Source of the DNA: Candidatus Andersenbacteria bacterium RIFCSPHIGHO2_12_FULL_45_11b
GTDB lineage: Bacteria; Patescibacteriota; Andersenbacteria; UBA10190
Reading direction: 5' to 3'
Assembly: GCA_001817115.1 (NCBI GenBank)
Contig: MHHS01000051.1
Span: 1-40,920, forward strand
Length of the DNA stretch: 40,920 nt
Shown here: positions 7,838-17,029 of the stretch, piece by piece
Numbering within the stretch: the stretch's first letter is position 1
Layout of the letters: every line of letters begins with the position of its first letter
The notes under the pieces: generated by a model
Told to the model about the DNA's origin: nothing
What the model saw: the letters and a program-made list of their open reading frames with translations, nothing else
Databases searched by the model: none
Made by a program: the position numbers and the translations under genes

Positions 7838-8953
7838 ATGAAAAAGGAAATTATGTCGCCAGAACGTTTGGCAGCCTCGTTGGCAATTCTAGACCTGACG
7901 GATCCCAAAAATGGGATTCACGCTATCAACATTGTCGCCAGTAATGTAGTTCGTGCATTGGAGAAAACTTATCGGGGAGTGATTGTTGAAGAGGTGCGTT
8001 CTGTCCCTGAAGTCTCCGTAAAAGAGAACTTCGACGATCTTCTCTTCCCCACAGACAACGCTGGACGATCTTCTCGTTACACGAGGTATGTTACGGAGGA
8101 CACAGTTTTGCGAACTCATACCTCAGCGGTAATTCCGAGATGGCTTGAAAAAGTATCTCGGGATAATGCTAGCGATCGGATTGTTGTCCTGCCGGGAATG
8201 TGTTATCGCCGTGATGTTGTGGATAAAACTCATTGTGGCGAGCCACACCAGATGGACGTTTGGCGAATCAAACGCGGTAATCCCCATTTTGCCAGGACAG
8301 ACATGCTTCACTTGATAGAAACTATCTTGGGATCGGTGGTTCCAGGATATAAATACCAAGCAAATGAAGTCGTACATCCTTACACTATGAACGGTCTTGA
8401 AGTGTACGTCTCGGTAAAAGGGTCATGGCTTGAGGTTCTTGAATGCGGTGAAGTTCATCCGACAGTTCTCAAGAATGCGAATCTTGATCCTAACGAATAC
8501 TCAGGGCTTGCTCTGGGAATGGGTCTTGATCGGCTAGTGATGATCACTAAAGATATTGACGATATTCGTGTTTTGAGATCAGAAGATCCTCGAATAAGGC
8601 GCCAAATGGCAGATCTTAAAAAGTTCGTCCCTGTCTCAAACCAACCGGCAACCAAAAGGGTCCTCTCATATTCGACTTCCGTCGAAAAAACGGAGGAAGA
8701 CATTTGCGAGGAAATTCGCGACGAGCTAGGTCCAGATACTATCTTCATAGAGAGAATCGAGTACTCCGAAATTTTCTATGAACAGCTTCCGGAAAAGGCC
8801 AGATCAAACCTCGGCATTAGCCCAGACCAGAAAAATGTTGTGGCAACACTGACATTCCGATCATTAGAAGGCTCAATGCCAAAAACGATGGTCAATGAGT
8901 GGATGCAGCGTCTCTACCCGAGACTAAATAAGGGAAATCGGGGATACATGTAG
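7838..8953 (+). CDS. PheRS-alpha-related class II ligase with a C-terminal FDX-ACB-like domain (single-chain, mitochondrial-type architecture)
   Basis: ENFDDLLFP, VLRTHTSA, CYRRDVVDKTH..PHQMD (motif 2), WLEVLECG, GMGLDRL (motif 3), C-terminal TFRSLEGSM...VNEW. Confidence 0.82.
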   Translation: MKKEIMSPERLAASLAILDLTDPKNGIHAINIVASNVVRALEKTYRGVIVEEVRSVPEVSVKENFDDLLFPTDNAGRSSRYTRYVTEDTVLRTHTSAVIPRWLEKVSRDNASDRIVVLPGMCYRRDVVDKTHCGEPHQMDVWRIKRGNPHFARTDMLHLIETILGSVVPGYKYQANEVVHPYTMNGLEVYVSVKGSWLEVLECGEVHPTVLKNANLDPNEYSGLALGMGLDRLVMITKDIDDIRVLRSEDPRIRRQMADLKKFVPVSNQPATKRVLSYSTSVEKTEEDICEEIRDELGPDTIFIERIEYSEIFYEQLPEKARSNLGISPDQKNVVATLTFRSLEGSMPKTMVNEWMQRLYPRLNKGNRGYM

Positions 8954-8976
8954 TCGCTTGCAAATCTGTTTCGTAG

Positions 8977-9007
8977 AGGCCACAGACATCTGTCTGTGGC
9001 CTATTTT
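8977..9007 (+). terminator. Terminator of the PheRS-like gene
   Basis: AGGCCACAGACA-TC-TGTCTGTGGCCT then ATTTT. Confidence 0.75.
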
Positions 9008-9013
9008 ATATAT

Positions 9014-9047
9014 AAAACCCCCGTTGTCAGTTTCGCTGACACGGGGG
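9014..9047 (-). terminator. Terminator of the LysRS-like gene
   Basis: CCCCCG..TGTCAG / CTGACACGGGGG stem; AAAA on + gives a U-tract on -. Confidence 0.7.
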
Positions 9048-9064
9048 CTGTAATACACCAAACC

Positions 9065-10513
9065 TTAAAAAACCGGGAACAACTCGACATCTCTCGTATC
9101 CTGTGTGTTTAACAGAAGCATTAAAAGATGCTCCATTCCTACTGCGATACCTCTGCACGGAGGCAGTCCAAACTTTAATGCATTAATGATATCCTCATTT
9201 ACGCCGTTTGACTGACCTACTCTGCGATATTCCATCTGCTCTTCCATCCTCCGTCTAAGAATCTCGGGATCACGCTCTGGATTAACAATTGTAACAGTAG
9301 GTCTACCATTGATAATCAAGAGAGTCTCATCAACAGTTGATCCACCTTCATTGATCTTGTAAAGCGGTGATTGAGCAGCCGGTAGATTTCTTAGAAAAGC
9401 AGGCCCAGTAATATGAGACATCACGTGCGTATACAAGGCTGTTGCTATTGTATACTTATTCTCCCTTATGGGACGAACAATTTCTGCTTTATCTAAAATG
9501 TGCAAAAGCTCTTGGACAGGACATGCTTCGTCATATCTTAAACCCGTACACTTTTCGATCTCTGCCATAAAATCATAAACCATCCAGTTTCCTGAACAAT
9601 CTATCTCTCCCTTTGGAGTAAGAATTGACGTTGAACCGCTTAACTGCATCAGCACGTCGCAAATCATGTCATGCGCCAAATCCTCCATTTCATCACTCGT
9701 CGCATATGCATGATACAATTCAAGAATAGTAAATTGTGGAAGTTTGCTAGCTGTGGAATCCTGGTTCCGAAATGATTTACCGATCTCAAATACCTTTGAG
9801 AACCCGGCAATCATCAACTTCCATAGGAATAGCTCGGACGTTAACCTCAGATATATGTCCCGATTACGTCCAGCTGCCCGTGTCACGAACGGATCAGCTA
9901 AACCTGCCTCAAAAGACTCTTGAAGCAAGGTCATATTTAATTCCTCATACCCTTTCTTGTAGAGAAATTGCCTGATCGCACGAAACACTGTCGAACATTT
10001 TCGGAAATGCGAGATTTTTTTCTGGTCCCGAATCAGCTGGAGATGTCTATGAGCATACAAGTTTGATCTCTTTCGAAAATCAATATTGCTATCGTATACA
10101 TCACTCGTCGCCTTTGACAGCAACGTGATCTTTTCTCCAAGAAAAACATCTTCGCTTGCGATCCTAAGCCTTATACCATCCAACATTACTATATCTCCAT
10201 ACTGCACAAGGGAATTTATCGTTTCAATGTTATCCAGCGTACGTATTAAAAACGCAGGAATAGATACCCCATTTCCCTCTATTTTTTCAAGGATAATGAC
10301 GTTTCTTCCTTCCATGGTGTCAAAGACACCAAGTCTAGATATTTTCCCAGTATTGTCAGAAAGCATAAGCCTTCCAACAAGAGTGGTCTTTTCTTCATAG
10401 GGCACGTTTTTCAAGGCGCAGACCTCGATAGCCCCCCTTGGCACCTCACGACGATTGGTAAGAGGATCGTTTTCGAGAGCAAAAACTCTCTTTCCTCCAT
10501 TTTTTTTCTGCAT
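9065..10513 (-). CDS. Degenerate class II lysyl-tRNA-synthetase paralogue (OB-fold plus catalytic domain)
   Basis: YAHRHLQLI, ADPFVT, YLRLTSELFLWKL, VFEIGKSFRNQ, PQFTILELY, GLPPCRGIAVGMEHL, RDVELFP; SD TAAGGAGG. Confidence 0.85.
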   Translation of the reverse strand: MQKKNGGKRVFALENDPLTNRREVPRGAIEVCALKNVPYEEKTTLVGRLMLSDNTGKISRLGVFDTMEGRNVIILEKIEGNGVSIPAFLIRTLDNIETINSLVQYGDIVMLDGIRLRIASEDVFLGEKITLLSKATSDVYDSNIDFRKRSNLYAHRHLQLIRDQKKISHFRKCSTVFRAIRQFLYKKGYEELNMTLLQESFEAGLADPFVTRAAGRNRDIYLRLTSELFLWKLMIAGFSKVFEIGKSFRNQDSTASKLPQFTILELYHAYATSDEMEDLAHDMICDVLMQLSGSTSILTPKGEIDCSGNWMVYDFMAEIEKCTGLRYDEACPVQELLHILDKAEIVRPIRENKYTIATALYTHVMSHITGPAFLRNLPAAQSPLYKINEGGSTVDETLLIINGRPTVTIVNPERDPEILRRRMEEQMEYRRVGQSNGVNEDIINALKFGLPPCRGIAVGMEHLLMLLLNTQDTRDVELFPVF

Positions 10514-10597
10514 AGAGAAAGACCTCCTTACTTATTTTGATTGTAAATGCACAAACAGAGAAAACTCTTTCCCCTATTTTCCATTACATATATTATA

Positions 10598-11554
10598 TTA
10601 TTTTATATGGGTTGTCAAATCAGCCGCAATGACAACATTTGAATTATTGGCTTCAATAGTAAGTTGCCCGCCAATAGGAAAAATCATATTTTCAACCGCA
10701 TGACCAAGTTCCCCTACCTCAATAACCGGAAAATTATATTTTTTCCCATATTCTAAAATGATATCGCTCACATTACGGTTATTCTCAAGAATTTCTTCCT
10801 TGCACATAAAAAAGTGACCGATAATAATTCCATTACAATATTTCTTAAAATTTGGTTGTTGAAATATTTGTGCAATATATGATTCAATGCGGGAAAAAGA
10901 CTCGCCAATAGATTCAATTATGAAGATAAACGGTTTAGAAACTGCGCGGATAGGATCACTGTCAGTGCCTAATAAGAGACAAAAGGAAGGTAAACAACCA
11001 CCCAGGCACACTCCAGTAGCTTTACCTGGCTTAATGACCTTCCACTGTAGATAATCAGGGTGATGCCGATAATTAATATAATTAGTAAAAAGAAAATCTT
11101 TTAAATGATTAACAGTGTATTCAGTTGCATTTTTACCAAGTCCCCAAATAACATCAATACCGTGATATGAAGTTTCACCCGTGTGAGCATATATAGCATT
11201 CAGCAATACGGTGATATCACTAACTCCAAATAATTTTTTAGGGTTTTGTTTAATAATGTTCCAATCTATGTCAGACAATAATTCATTTGAATTATCTCCA
11301 CCCTGTGTACAAAAAATTGCTTTAACCTTTGAATCTTTATATGCTTCTTCAATATCTGATATTCTTTCCGCAGCCGTGCCAGATTTATAGTACTCTTTTC
11401 CGCTGGCGTATTGACCATACTGCACCTTCAAGCCCATGTCATTAAGAATATCTACACCTCGGTTATAAAGTGCCATTGCTTCAGGATTATCCTTAATGGT
11501 AGCAGATGGTGAAATCACTGCTATAGTATCGCCTCTTTTCAATGTTTGATTCAT
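10598..11554 (-). CDS. S66-family serine peptidase (LD-carboxypeptidase / MccF-like)
   Basis: LKRGDTIAVISPS, CTQGG, GVSDIT (Ser), IESIGE (Glu), LGH (His); ATGA overlap with the upstream gene. Confidence 0.88.
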   Translation of the reverse strand: MNQTLKRGDTIAVISPSATIKDNPEAMALYNRGVDILNDMGLKVQYGQYASGKEYYKSGTAAERISDIEEAYKDSKVKAIFCTQGGDNSNELLSDIDWNIIKQNPKKLFGVSDITVLLNAIYAHTGETSYHGIDVIWGLGKNATEYTVNHLKDFLFTNYINYRHHPDYLQWKVIKPGKATGVCLGGCLPSFCLLLGTDSDPIRAVSKPFIFIIESIGESFSRIESYIAQIFQQPNFKKYCNGIIIGHFFMCKEEILENNRNVSDIILEYGKKYNFPVIEVGELGHAVENMIFPIGGQLTIEANNSNVVIAADLTTHIK

Positions 11555-13227
11555 AGTCTTTTTATTAAGTAATTATTCAGAACTAAATAATCAATGTTAG
11601 ATTTTATAAATATTTTTATCGCATCTTTAGGCGTTTCAACCATTGGTTCTCCTTTGATATTAAAAGACGTGTTAATTAATATTGGGGTCTCTGATATTTT
11701 AGCAAATTCCTTTAAAAGAACATATAGCCGTGAATTTTGATTCTTAGATAAAACCTGCAACCTCGATGTATTATCGACATGAACGGCTGCCGGTATTTTT
11801 TTTGTTATTCTTTTATTTAATGGAGTGTAAGCAAAAAGCATATAAGGTAACGAGTCGGCAACCACTTTCGGAGGACAATAAAAATAGTCACTTAGGTCAT
11901 CAATGGTCATCATGGGAGCAACTGGACGAAAAGATTCTCGGCTTTTTATTTTATTCAAACGAACACGAGTGCTCATTTTTAACGGACTAGCAAGGATACT
12001 ACGATGTCCAAGTGCTCTTGGGCCAAACTCTGACGCTCCTTGAAACCAAGCTACCACATTATCATCAGCTAATAACTTAGCAATTTTGGGGGGGATCTTG
12101 TTATATCTAAGTTTTTCAAAATTAATATATTTTCGGTATTTATTAATAGCTTGTGTAAGAACTTTATCATTATATTTATATCCAAGATACACAGGCGGCA
12201 CACCCGATGAAATCTTTTTTTGGTTTCCATTGATTTGGTAATGTCCATAAAGAGCCGCTCCGATTGATACTCCGTTATCTCCAGGTGCACTAGGTATGTA
12301 AACACGCTTAAAACCAGACTTCTCTAAGATTTTAGTGTTGGCAATAGCATTTAAAGCCACTCCACCTGCGTAACATAAGTTTCTATGGCCTGTGACTTCT
12401 TTTATTCTTCGGGCATAAAATAGAACGACATTATTTATTATCTTTTGTACAGAAGAAGCGACGTCTGCAATATTTTTCTGTCCTGTGTCCCTATTAACTG
12501 TTTTTGCGATACAACGATAAAGACCGATGTTATCAATTTGATAGTATGTATCTTTTTTAACGCAATACTTTGAGAATTTTTTTACATACCGAGGTTTTCC
12601 ATAAGATGCAATCCCCATTAATTTACCTTCTCCGAAAGGTCCAAAACCACACAAAGAAGCAGTATTTTGATACAAGACACCCACAGAATTACTAAGAGCA
12701 ATAATCGTATTAGTGGAATGATTTATTTGACCAGTAACTTTTTCTAATAAATGTAGACTACCTCCGTGGGCAGAATATAGTGATACTGTCTCGAAACTGT
12801 CATCAAAATAATCACCCGCCCCATCTATCACAAGCACCGCCGCTTCAGTATAGGGTGATGTGTAGAAAGCATGAGCAGCATGTGCTAGATGATGATTTAT
12901 ATTTATATAATTATCCACAGGGACATTGGTCCCAGTTAGGTTTGATCCAACTATCATGCTTACTTGTTCCTCAATATGTTTATTGCCCTGTTTAAAATAT
13001 TTATAAAATCTATTGATTTTCTTTCGGAGAGAATCGATGGAGGGGTTAAGAAAATTAGAATCAAAGTATTTTGCTTCAGATTTTAAATTATATTGGCTAT
13101 TATCGTACTTTATACAGTGGCGAACATGGCTCAACCTCTCCTCTTCTATGGCGATAGAAACCTTACCATTTTCAACGATTGCAGCCGAACTATCATGAGG
13201 AGATAAACTTAATCCTAGAATAGTCAT
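11551..13227 (-). CDS. Carbamoyltransferase, NodU/CmcH/TobZ family
   Basis: HDSSAA, EEERLS, HHLAHA, DGAGD, EGKLMG, GGVALN, GDNG, EFGPRALGHRSILA, RESFRPVAP, HVDNTSRLQ, NTSFN. Confidence 0.95.
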   Translation of the reverse strand: MTILGLSLSPHDSSAAIVENGKVSIAIEEERLSHVRHCIKYDNSQYNLKSEAKYFDSNFLNPSIDSLRKKINRFYKYFKQGNKHIEEQVSMIVGSNLTGTNVPVDNYININHHLAHAAHAFYTSPYTEAAVLVIDGAGDYFDDSFETVSLYSAHGGSLHLLEKVTGQINHSTNTIIALSNSVGVLYQNTASLCGFGPFGEGKLMGIASYGKPRYVKKFSKYCVKKDTYYQIDNIGLYRCIAKTVNRDTGQKNIADVASSVQKIINNVVLFYARRIKEVTGHRNLCYAGGVALNAIANTKILEKSGFKRVYIPSAPGDNGVSIGAALYGHYQINGNQKKISSGVPPVYLGYKYNDKVLTQAINKYRKYINFEKLRYNKIPPKIAKLLADDNVVAWFQGASEFGPRALGHRSILASPLKMSTRVRLNKIKSRESFRPVAPMMTIDDLSDYFYCPPKVVADSLPYMLFAYTPLNKRITKKIPAAVHVDNTSRLQVLSKNQNSRLYVLLKEFAKISETPILINTSFNIKGEPMVETPKDAIKIFIKSNIDYLVLNNYLIKRL

Positions 13228-13237
13228 AATAAAAAAA

Positions 13238-14101
13238 TCATTGATAAATATCAGGTCTCCTGTTTTTTATAATATTGAGGGCATTTAGATTTAATACTCT
13301 CTCTTCAATAAGAGAAGCTACTAAATCAACCTCTATGGTTAATTCTCCCAGTTTATCATCAATTTGCCCGAGTATTTTACCACTGGGTGCAATAATTTTA
13401 CTAGAACCGAGAAACTCCAAGGATTTGTTCTGGTTGACCCCGACTTGATTAGAAACAACCACTAAACACTGATTTTCCACAGCTCTAACTTGATCATAAA
13501 TATCAAAAATATTTTTACTCTGATCATTTATTTTCTGATCGTTATTTTGGTGAACATCAGTATATGCCCAGGCAGATATTATTATAATAATCTCGGCCCC
13601 TTTAAGGGCTAGAGTTTTGGCTGCCTCTGAAAAACATTTATCATAACAAATTAAAACACCAATTTTCCCCACGGGTGTCTGGAAAACCTCTAAAGAATTT
13701 CCGGGAAACAAAAAATAAGGCTCATTAGTTGCTAAATGAGTTTTTCTATAAACGTAATGAGTTTTATCTGGCAAAATAATGTAAGCACTATCAAACATTT
13801 GGCCGTAACCTAAGCTGTCGTCTCTCTCAATAGCTCCCAGAACGATAACCTGGTTATTTTTAGCCGCTATTGCTTTGATCTCCTGTAGAAATCGAATAGA
13901 TGTCGTATTAGTTAAATTAATGGCTGATTCAAGATAATATTTGATAGATTCTTGCTCTAAAAAAGGCATGTATCCCTGCACACAGGCTTCTGGAAATACT
14001 ACTAAATCGCTTTTGGCGTGCTTTAGTAGTATTTTCTTTATTGATCCGATATTATCTTCGGAGTTTAAAGTGGCTTTAAAATTGACAGTGGTAATTTTCA
14101 T
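13238..14101 (-). CDS. Nitrilase / carbon-nitrogen hydrolase family protein
   Basis: Catalytic triad motifs VFPE, YRKTHL, LICYD; RAVENQ; RRPDIY C-terminus. Confidence 0.92.
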   Translation of the reverse strand: MKITTVNFKATLNSEDNIGSIKKILLKHAKSDLVVFPEACVQGYMPFLEQESIKYYLESAINLTNTTSIRFLQEIKAIAAKNNQVIVLGAIERDDSLGYGQMFDSAYIILPDKTHYVYRKTHLATNEPYFLFPGNSLEVFQTPVGKIGVLICYDKCFSEAAKTLALKGAEIIIIISAWAYTDVHQNNDQKINDQSKNIFDIYDQVRAVENQCLVVVSNQVGVNQNKSLEFLGSSKIIAPSGKILGQIDDKLGELTIEVDLVASLIEERVLNLNALNIIKNRRPDIYQ

Positions 14102-14104
14102 ATA

Positions 14105-14911
14105 TTATTGGTCAAACAAAGAGATTTGCTCCTTGATCGGTCTTTTGCGACTAATAATAACCCCATAAGAAAGATACTTATGATTCTTATTAAATAAGGT
14201 CATAGTCTTGTTAAGTCTCCTATAGATGGCTGACTCTATTTCCGAAGAATATTTTTTTTCTTGTGCTATCGTTCGACAATATAACTTAACATCATTTTTA
14301 CTAACAAGCTTGACTTTATCCGTGAAAGTATAATACTTCTCTAAACCACAGATCTTATATAAATTCATCCAGTACTCTAAGCCCCATGGTTCAATACTAA
14401 TCTCCAAGAGATTATTTAGATTATTCAACAGAGATACTGGCGGTTTTTTATGATAAAAGAAATTAATATCAATAACAAACCCCCAGGGTTTTACCACTCT
14501 GGCGTATTCGCTTATGGCCTTTTTCTTATTTTTAATAAATGCTGTTGAGCCACCAGAAAAAGCGACATCAAAGGACTCATCCTTAAAGGGTATCTCCATA
14601 CCATCGGCCACCAAAAAATTCACAAGATGGCCTAATGGATCTTTTGACTGATAAAGCTTTGCGGCCTCAACCATATTTGGGCTGATATCTATGCCCGTGA
14701 CATCTGCCTTCGCAAGATGGGCGATTTCAAAAGTACAATAACCAGTATTACAGCCTATGTCCAAAACTTTTGATTTGTGATTTATAAAACTGTTTTGTAT
14801 AGATTGTCTGACTGAAATTTGACCACCAGGGGGCCGATTTACCTCATTCAAAAGGGCCATAAACTCAACATATGGCATATTCTCAATTTGTTGTGCGCTA
14901 AGTTTATGCAT
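14105..14911 (-). CDS. Class I SAM-dependent methyltransferase-fold protein
   Basis: RPPGG, VLDIGCNTG, GIDISPNMV, IPFKDESFD, RVVKPWG. Confidence 0.9.
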   Translation of the reverse strand: MHKLSAQQIENMPYVEFMALLNEVNRPPGGQISVRQSIQNSFINHKSKVLDIGCNTGYCTFEIAHLAKADVTGIDISPNMVEAAKLYQSKDPLGHLVNFLVADGMEIPFKDESFDVAFSGGSTAFIKNKKKAISEYARVVKPWGFVIDINFFYHKKPPVSLLNNLNNLLEISIEPWGLEYWMNLYKICGLEKYYTFTDKVKLVSKNDVKLYCRTIAQEKKYSSEIESAIYRRLNKTMTLFNKNHKYLSYGVIISRKRPIKEQISLFDQ

Positions 14912-14926
14912 AATAATATATAAGAA

Positions 14927-15298
14927 CTATCTAAAAATTTCCTTTTTATCTACTGATAAAGGTATAAAATATTCACAAATTTCAGAAAACAGTTTTCTGC
15001 AAGTTTCCTCATTATTTTGTGAATAATTACACAAAAAAACATCTAACGTTATATATTGCAATTCCGGCCAGGTATGTACTGAAATATGTGATTCCATCAA
15101 ACAAACGACACCAGTGAACCCCTCCGTCTTTCCAAATTTATGGTAATAAGATCCTAGTTCTCGGAGTTTATGTTTCTTAATGAGACTACTTAAAAAAAGT
15201 TTAAATGCCTTTTTTGACCCAGCTTTGATAAGAGACCCTGTTTGGATTTGGCCTAAAATGTGTAGACCGGTAATAACTTTTTTATTCTTGTTACTCAT
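14927..15298 (-). CDS. speD: S-adenosylmethionine decarboxylase proenzyme (pyruvoyl, class 1B)
   Basis: GFTGVVCLMESHISVHTWPE (E-S self-cleavage site), DVFLC. Confidence 0.88.
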   Translation of the reverse strand: MSNKNKKVITGLHILGQIQTGSLIKAGSKKAFKLFLSSLIKKHKLRELGSYYHKFGKTEGFTGVVCLMESHISVHTWPELQYITLDVFLCNYSQNNEETCRKLFSEICEYFIPLSVDKKEIFR

Positions 15299-15322
15299 TG
15301 CAGTTATTTTAATTTTATCTTA

Positions 15323-16375
15323 CTATGGATATGTTCTAATATTTTTTAACCGCGGATATAAGATTGCGTCACGTATATTATTTTGGCCAAGGATCCAAGT
15401 AATAAACCTCTCTATTCCTAAACCAAAACCAGACGTACCGCTATAATTTGCAAGGTCTCTAAGATGTATATACCACTCATAAGAATCGGTGGAAATATTT
15501 TGACGAAACAGCGACTCAAGTATTTCTTTTTTATTATCTTGTCTTTGACCACACCCAATAATTTCGCCACCAAAGGCTCCCTCAAATAAAGGAGGAAATA
15601 TTAGATCGGCATTAAGCACCTTTTCAGAATCCTTTGGATCTGGCTTTTGATAAAAAGGAACCCTATCACGGTCATAACCGTATATCCAAAAAGGAGTTTT
15701 ATATCTGAGCAACTGACTTAAAATAATCTCACTATTTGATTTTAGATCACGACCATGTTTAGTGTAATTTACAAGTCGCCCGAATCCATTTTCCTCCAAT
15801 AGTCCAACAGCTTCATCAAAAGTTATGCGAGGAAATTTTTGCGCCTTTAACACAGCCTCAATTGAGGTTCTAGTCGCTTTATCGTCTAAAGCTAATTTTT
15901 CAACAATATCAGGCAAATCTTTTATTGTTTTTACTAAAATTTTAATGTACTTCTCAACTAAAGGAATCAGATCATCAATTTGACCTCTTATTTCAGCTTC
16001 ACAATGGTAAAACTGATTAAGATGTTTCTCATCTGGATTCTCCCCGCGCATTGATGGTAAATAACAATAGACTTTATCGAAGCCATTCATTAGTACTGGT
16101 TCAAGACCAAATTGTGCTGAATCTACAAGAAAAGTTTTAAGATCGCCAAATTTAATCGATATAGCTTCAGAATCTGAGCTAGGTCCCATAGGAGAAGAAA
16201 TGCTAGGCGTGATCATAAATAAGTCAACATTATAGGCCCCCTGTGTTTCTGACCAATATTTATCAGTTGCAATTTTAATATAATGCCTCAATTTGGTTAA
16301 TTCTCTAAAATATTGAGAATCTGCGACTCTTAAATAATGTGTTCTTGGATTATACTTTGGAATATTAAGTTTCAT
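15323..16375 (-). CDS. Asn/Asp-tRNA-synthetase-like class II ligase, catalytic domain only (no anticodon-binding OB-fold)
   Basis: FLVDSAQFGLE, PSMRGENPDEKHLNQFYHCEAE (motif 2), PFYQK, GEIIGCGQR, YEWYIHLR, GFGLGIERF (motif 3); 350 aa. Confidence 0.88.
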   Translation of the reverse strand: MKLNIPKYNPRTHYLRVADSQYFRELTKLRHYIKIATDKYWSETQGAYNVDLFMITPSISSPMGPSSDSEAISIKFGDLKTFLVDSAQFGLEPVLMNGFDKVYCYLPSMRGENPDEKHLNQFYHCEAEIRGQIDDLIPLVEKYIKILVKTIKDLPDIVEKLALDDKATRTSIEAVLKAQKFPRITFDEAVGLLEENGFGRLVNYTKHGRDLKSNSEIILSQLLRYKTPFWIYGYDRDRVPFYQKPDPKDSEKVLNADLIFPPLFEGAFGGEIIGCGQRQDNKKEILESLFRQNISTDSYEWYIHLRDLANYSGTSGFGLGIERFITWILGQNNIRDAILYPRLKNIRTYP

Positions 16376-16468
16376 AGCAGTTATAAAGTATTTTATTTAA
16401 AGTATACTAACTAAATGATGATTTGTACTGGGAAAGGTTAATTTAATTATACTTTTGATAACAAACGC

Positions 16469-16497
16469 ATTATACAAATCTTTACATAATAAGTCAA
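16469..16497 (-). promoter_or_regulatory. Near-consensus sigma70 promoter for the six-gene operon; its -35 overlaps the IS200 right end
   Basis: TTGACT (16497-16492)-17 nt-TATAAT (16474-16469). Confidence 0.75.
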
Positions 16498-17029
16498 TCT
16501 CCACGGGCTTACGCCCGTGGCATGTATGTTAGAACGCAAGCATAGCTTGTCCTGAATCCTCTTTGCCCTGCATCTTGATATACCTTCGTATGATGTCTTC
16601 ATTCACCCCTACGGTAGAGACAAAGTACCCATCTGACCAGAAGCCTCCACCCCAGTATATCTGTTTGATGAAGGGGCATTTTTCGCGTATGGCGCGGCTG
16701 GTATTTGTTTTAATGATGCGTACGGCAGTTCCTGGTGCCATTTTTGGGGGAATGGAAATGAGGAGGTGGAGGTGATCTACGTCATGGTTAATCTCCTTAA
16801 ACTCGATTTCGGAGTAGTGCTTCCTAATCTCTTGCAACTTCAGCGCCATAAACGCAAAAATTCCTTCGTTAATGACCTTACGGCGGTACTTGGGTGTCAG
16901 GACTACGTGGTATTCACACAAATACACTGCGTGGGCTTGTTTCCGGTATCTCATGTCTCCATGATACTAGAGGATTCAGGAATCCACTCCTTCCCTCGGG
17001 CTTACGCCCGGGGCATGAAATTAGGTGGA
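16493..17029 (-). mobile_element. IS200-type insertion sequence (IS200/IS605 family, tnpA only), about 537 bp
   Basis: Subterminal hairpins sharing CGGGCTTACGCCCG at 16501-16520 and 16994-17013, each preceded on the minus strand by CATG; TTGAC at both predicted cleavage sites (17034-17030, 16497-16493). Confidence 0.9.
16529..16954 (-). CDS. tnpA: IS200/IS605 Y1 (HUH) transposase
   Basis: YHVVLTPKYRR, DHLHLL (HUH), FWSDGYFVSTVG, IRRYIKMQ (catalytic Tyr). Confidence 0.97.
   Translation of the reverse strand: MRYRKQAHAVYLCEYHVVLTPKYRRKVINEGIFAFMALKLQEIRKHYSEIEFKEINHDVDHLHLLISIPPKMAPGTAVRIIKTNTSRAIREKCPFIKQIYWGGGFWSDGYFVSTVGVNEDIIRRYIKMQGKEDSGQAMLAF

Noticed and set aside
9065-10513. EpmA (PoxA/GenX) assignment for the LysRS-like gene
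   Set aside because: EpmA lacks the N-terminal OB-fold and keeps the catalytic residues; this protein is longer, has lost them, and no efp/epmB is adjacent.
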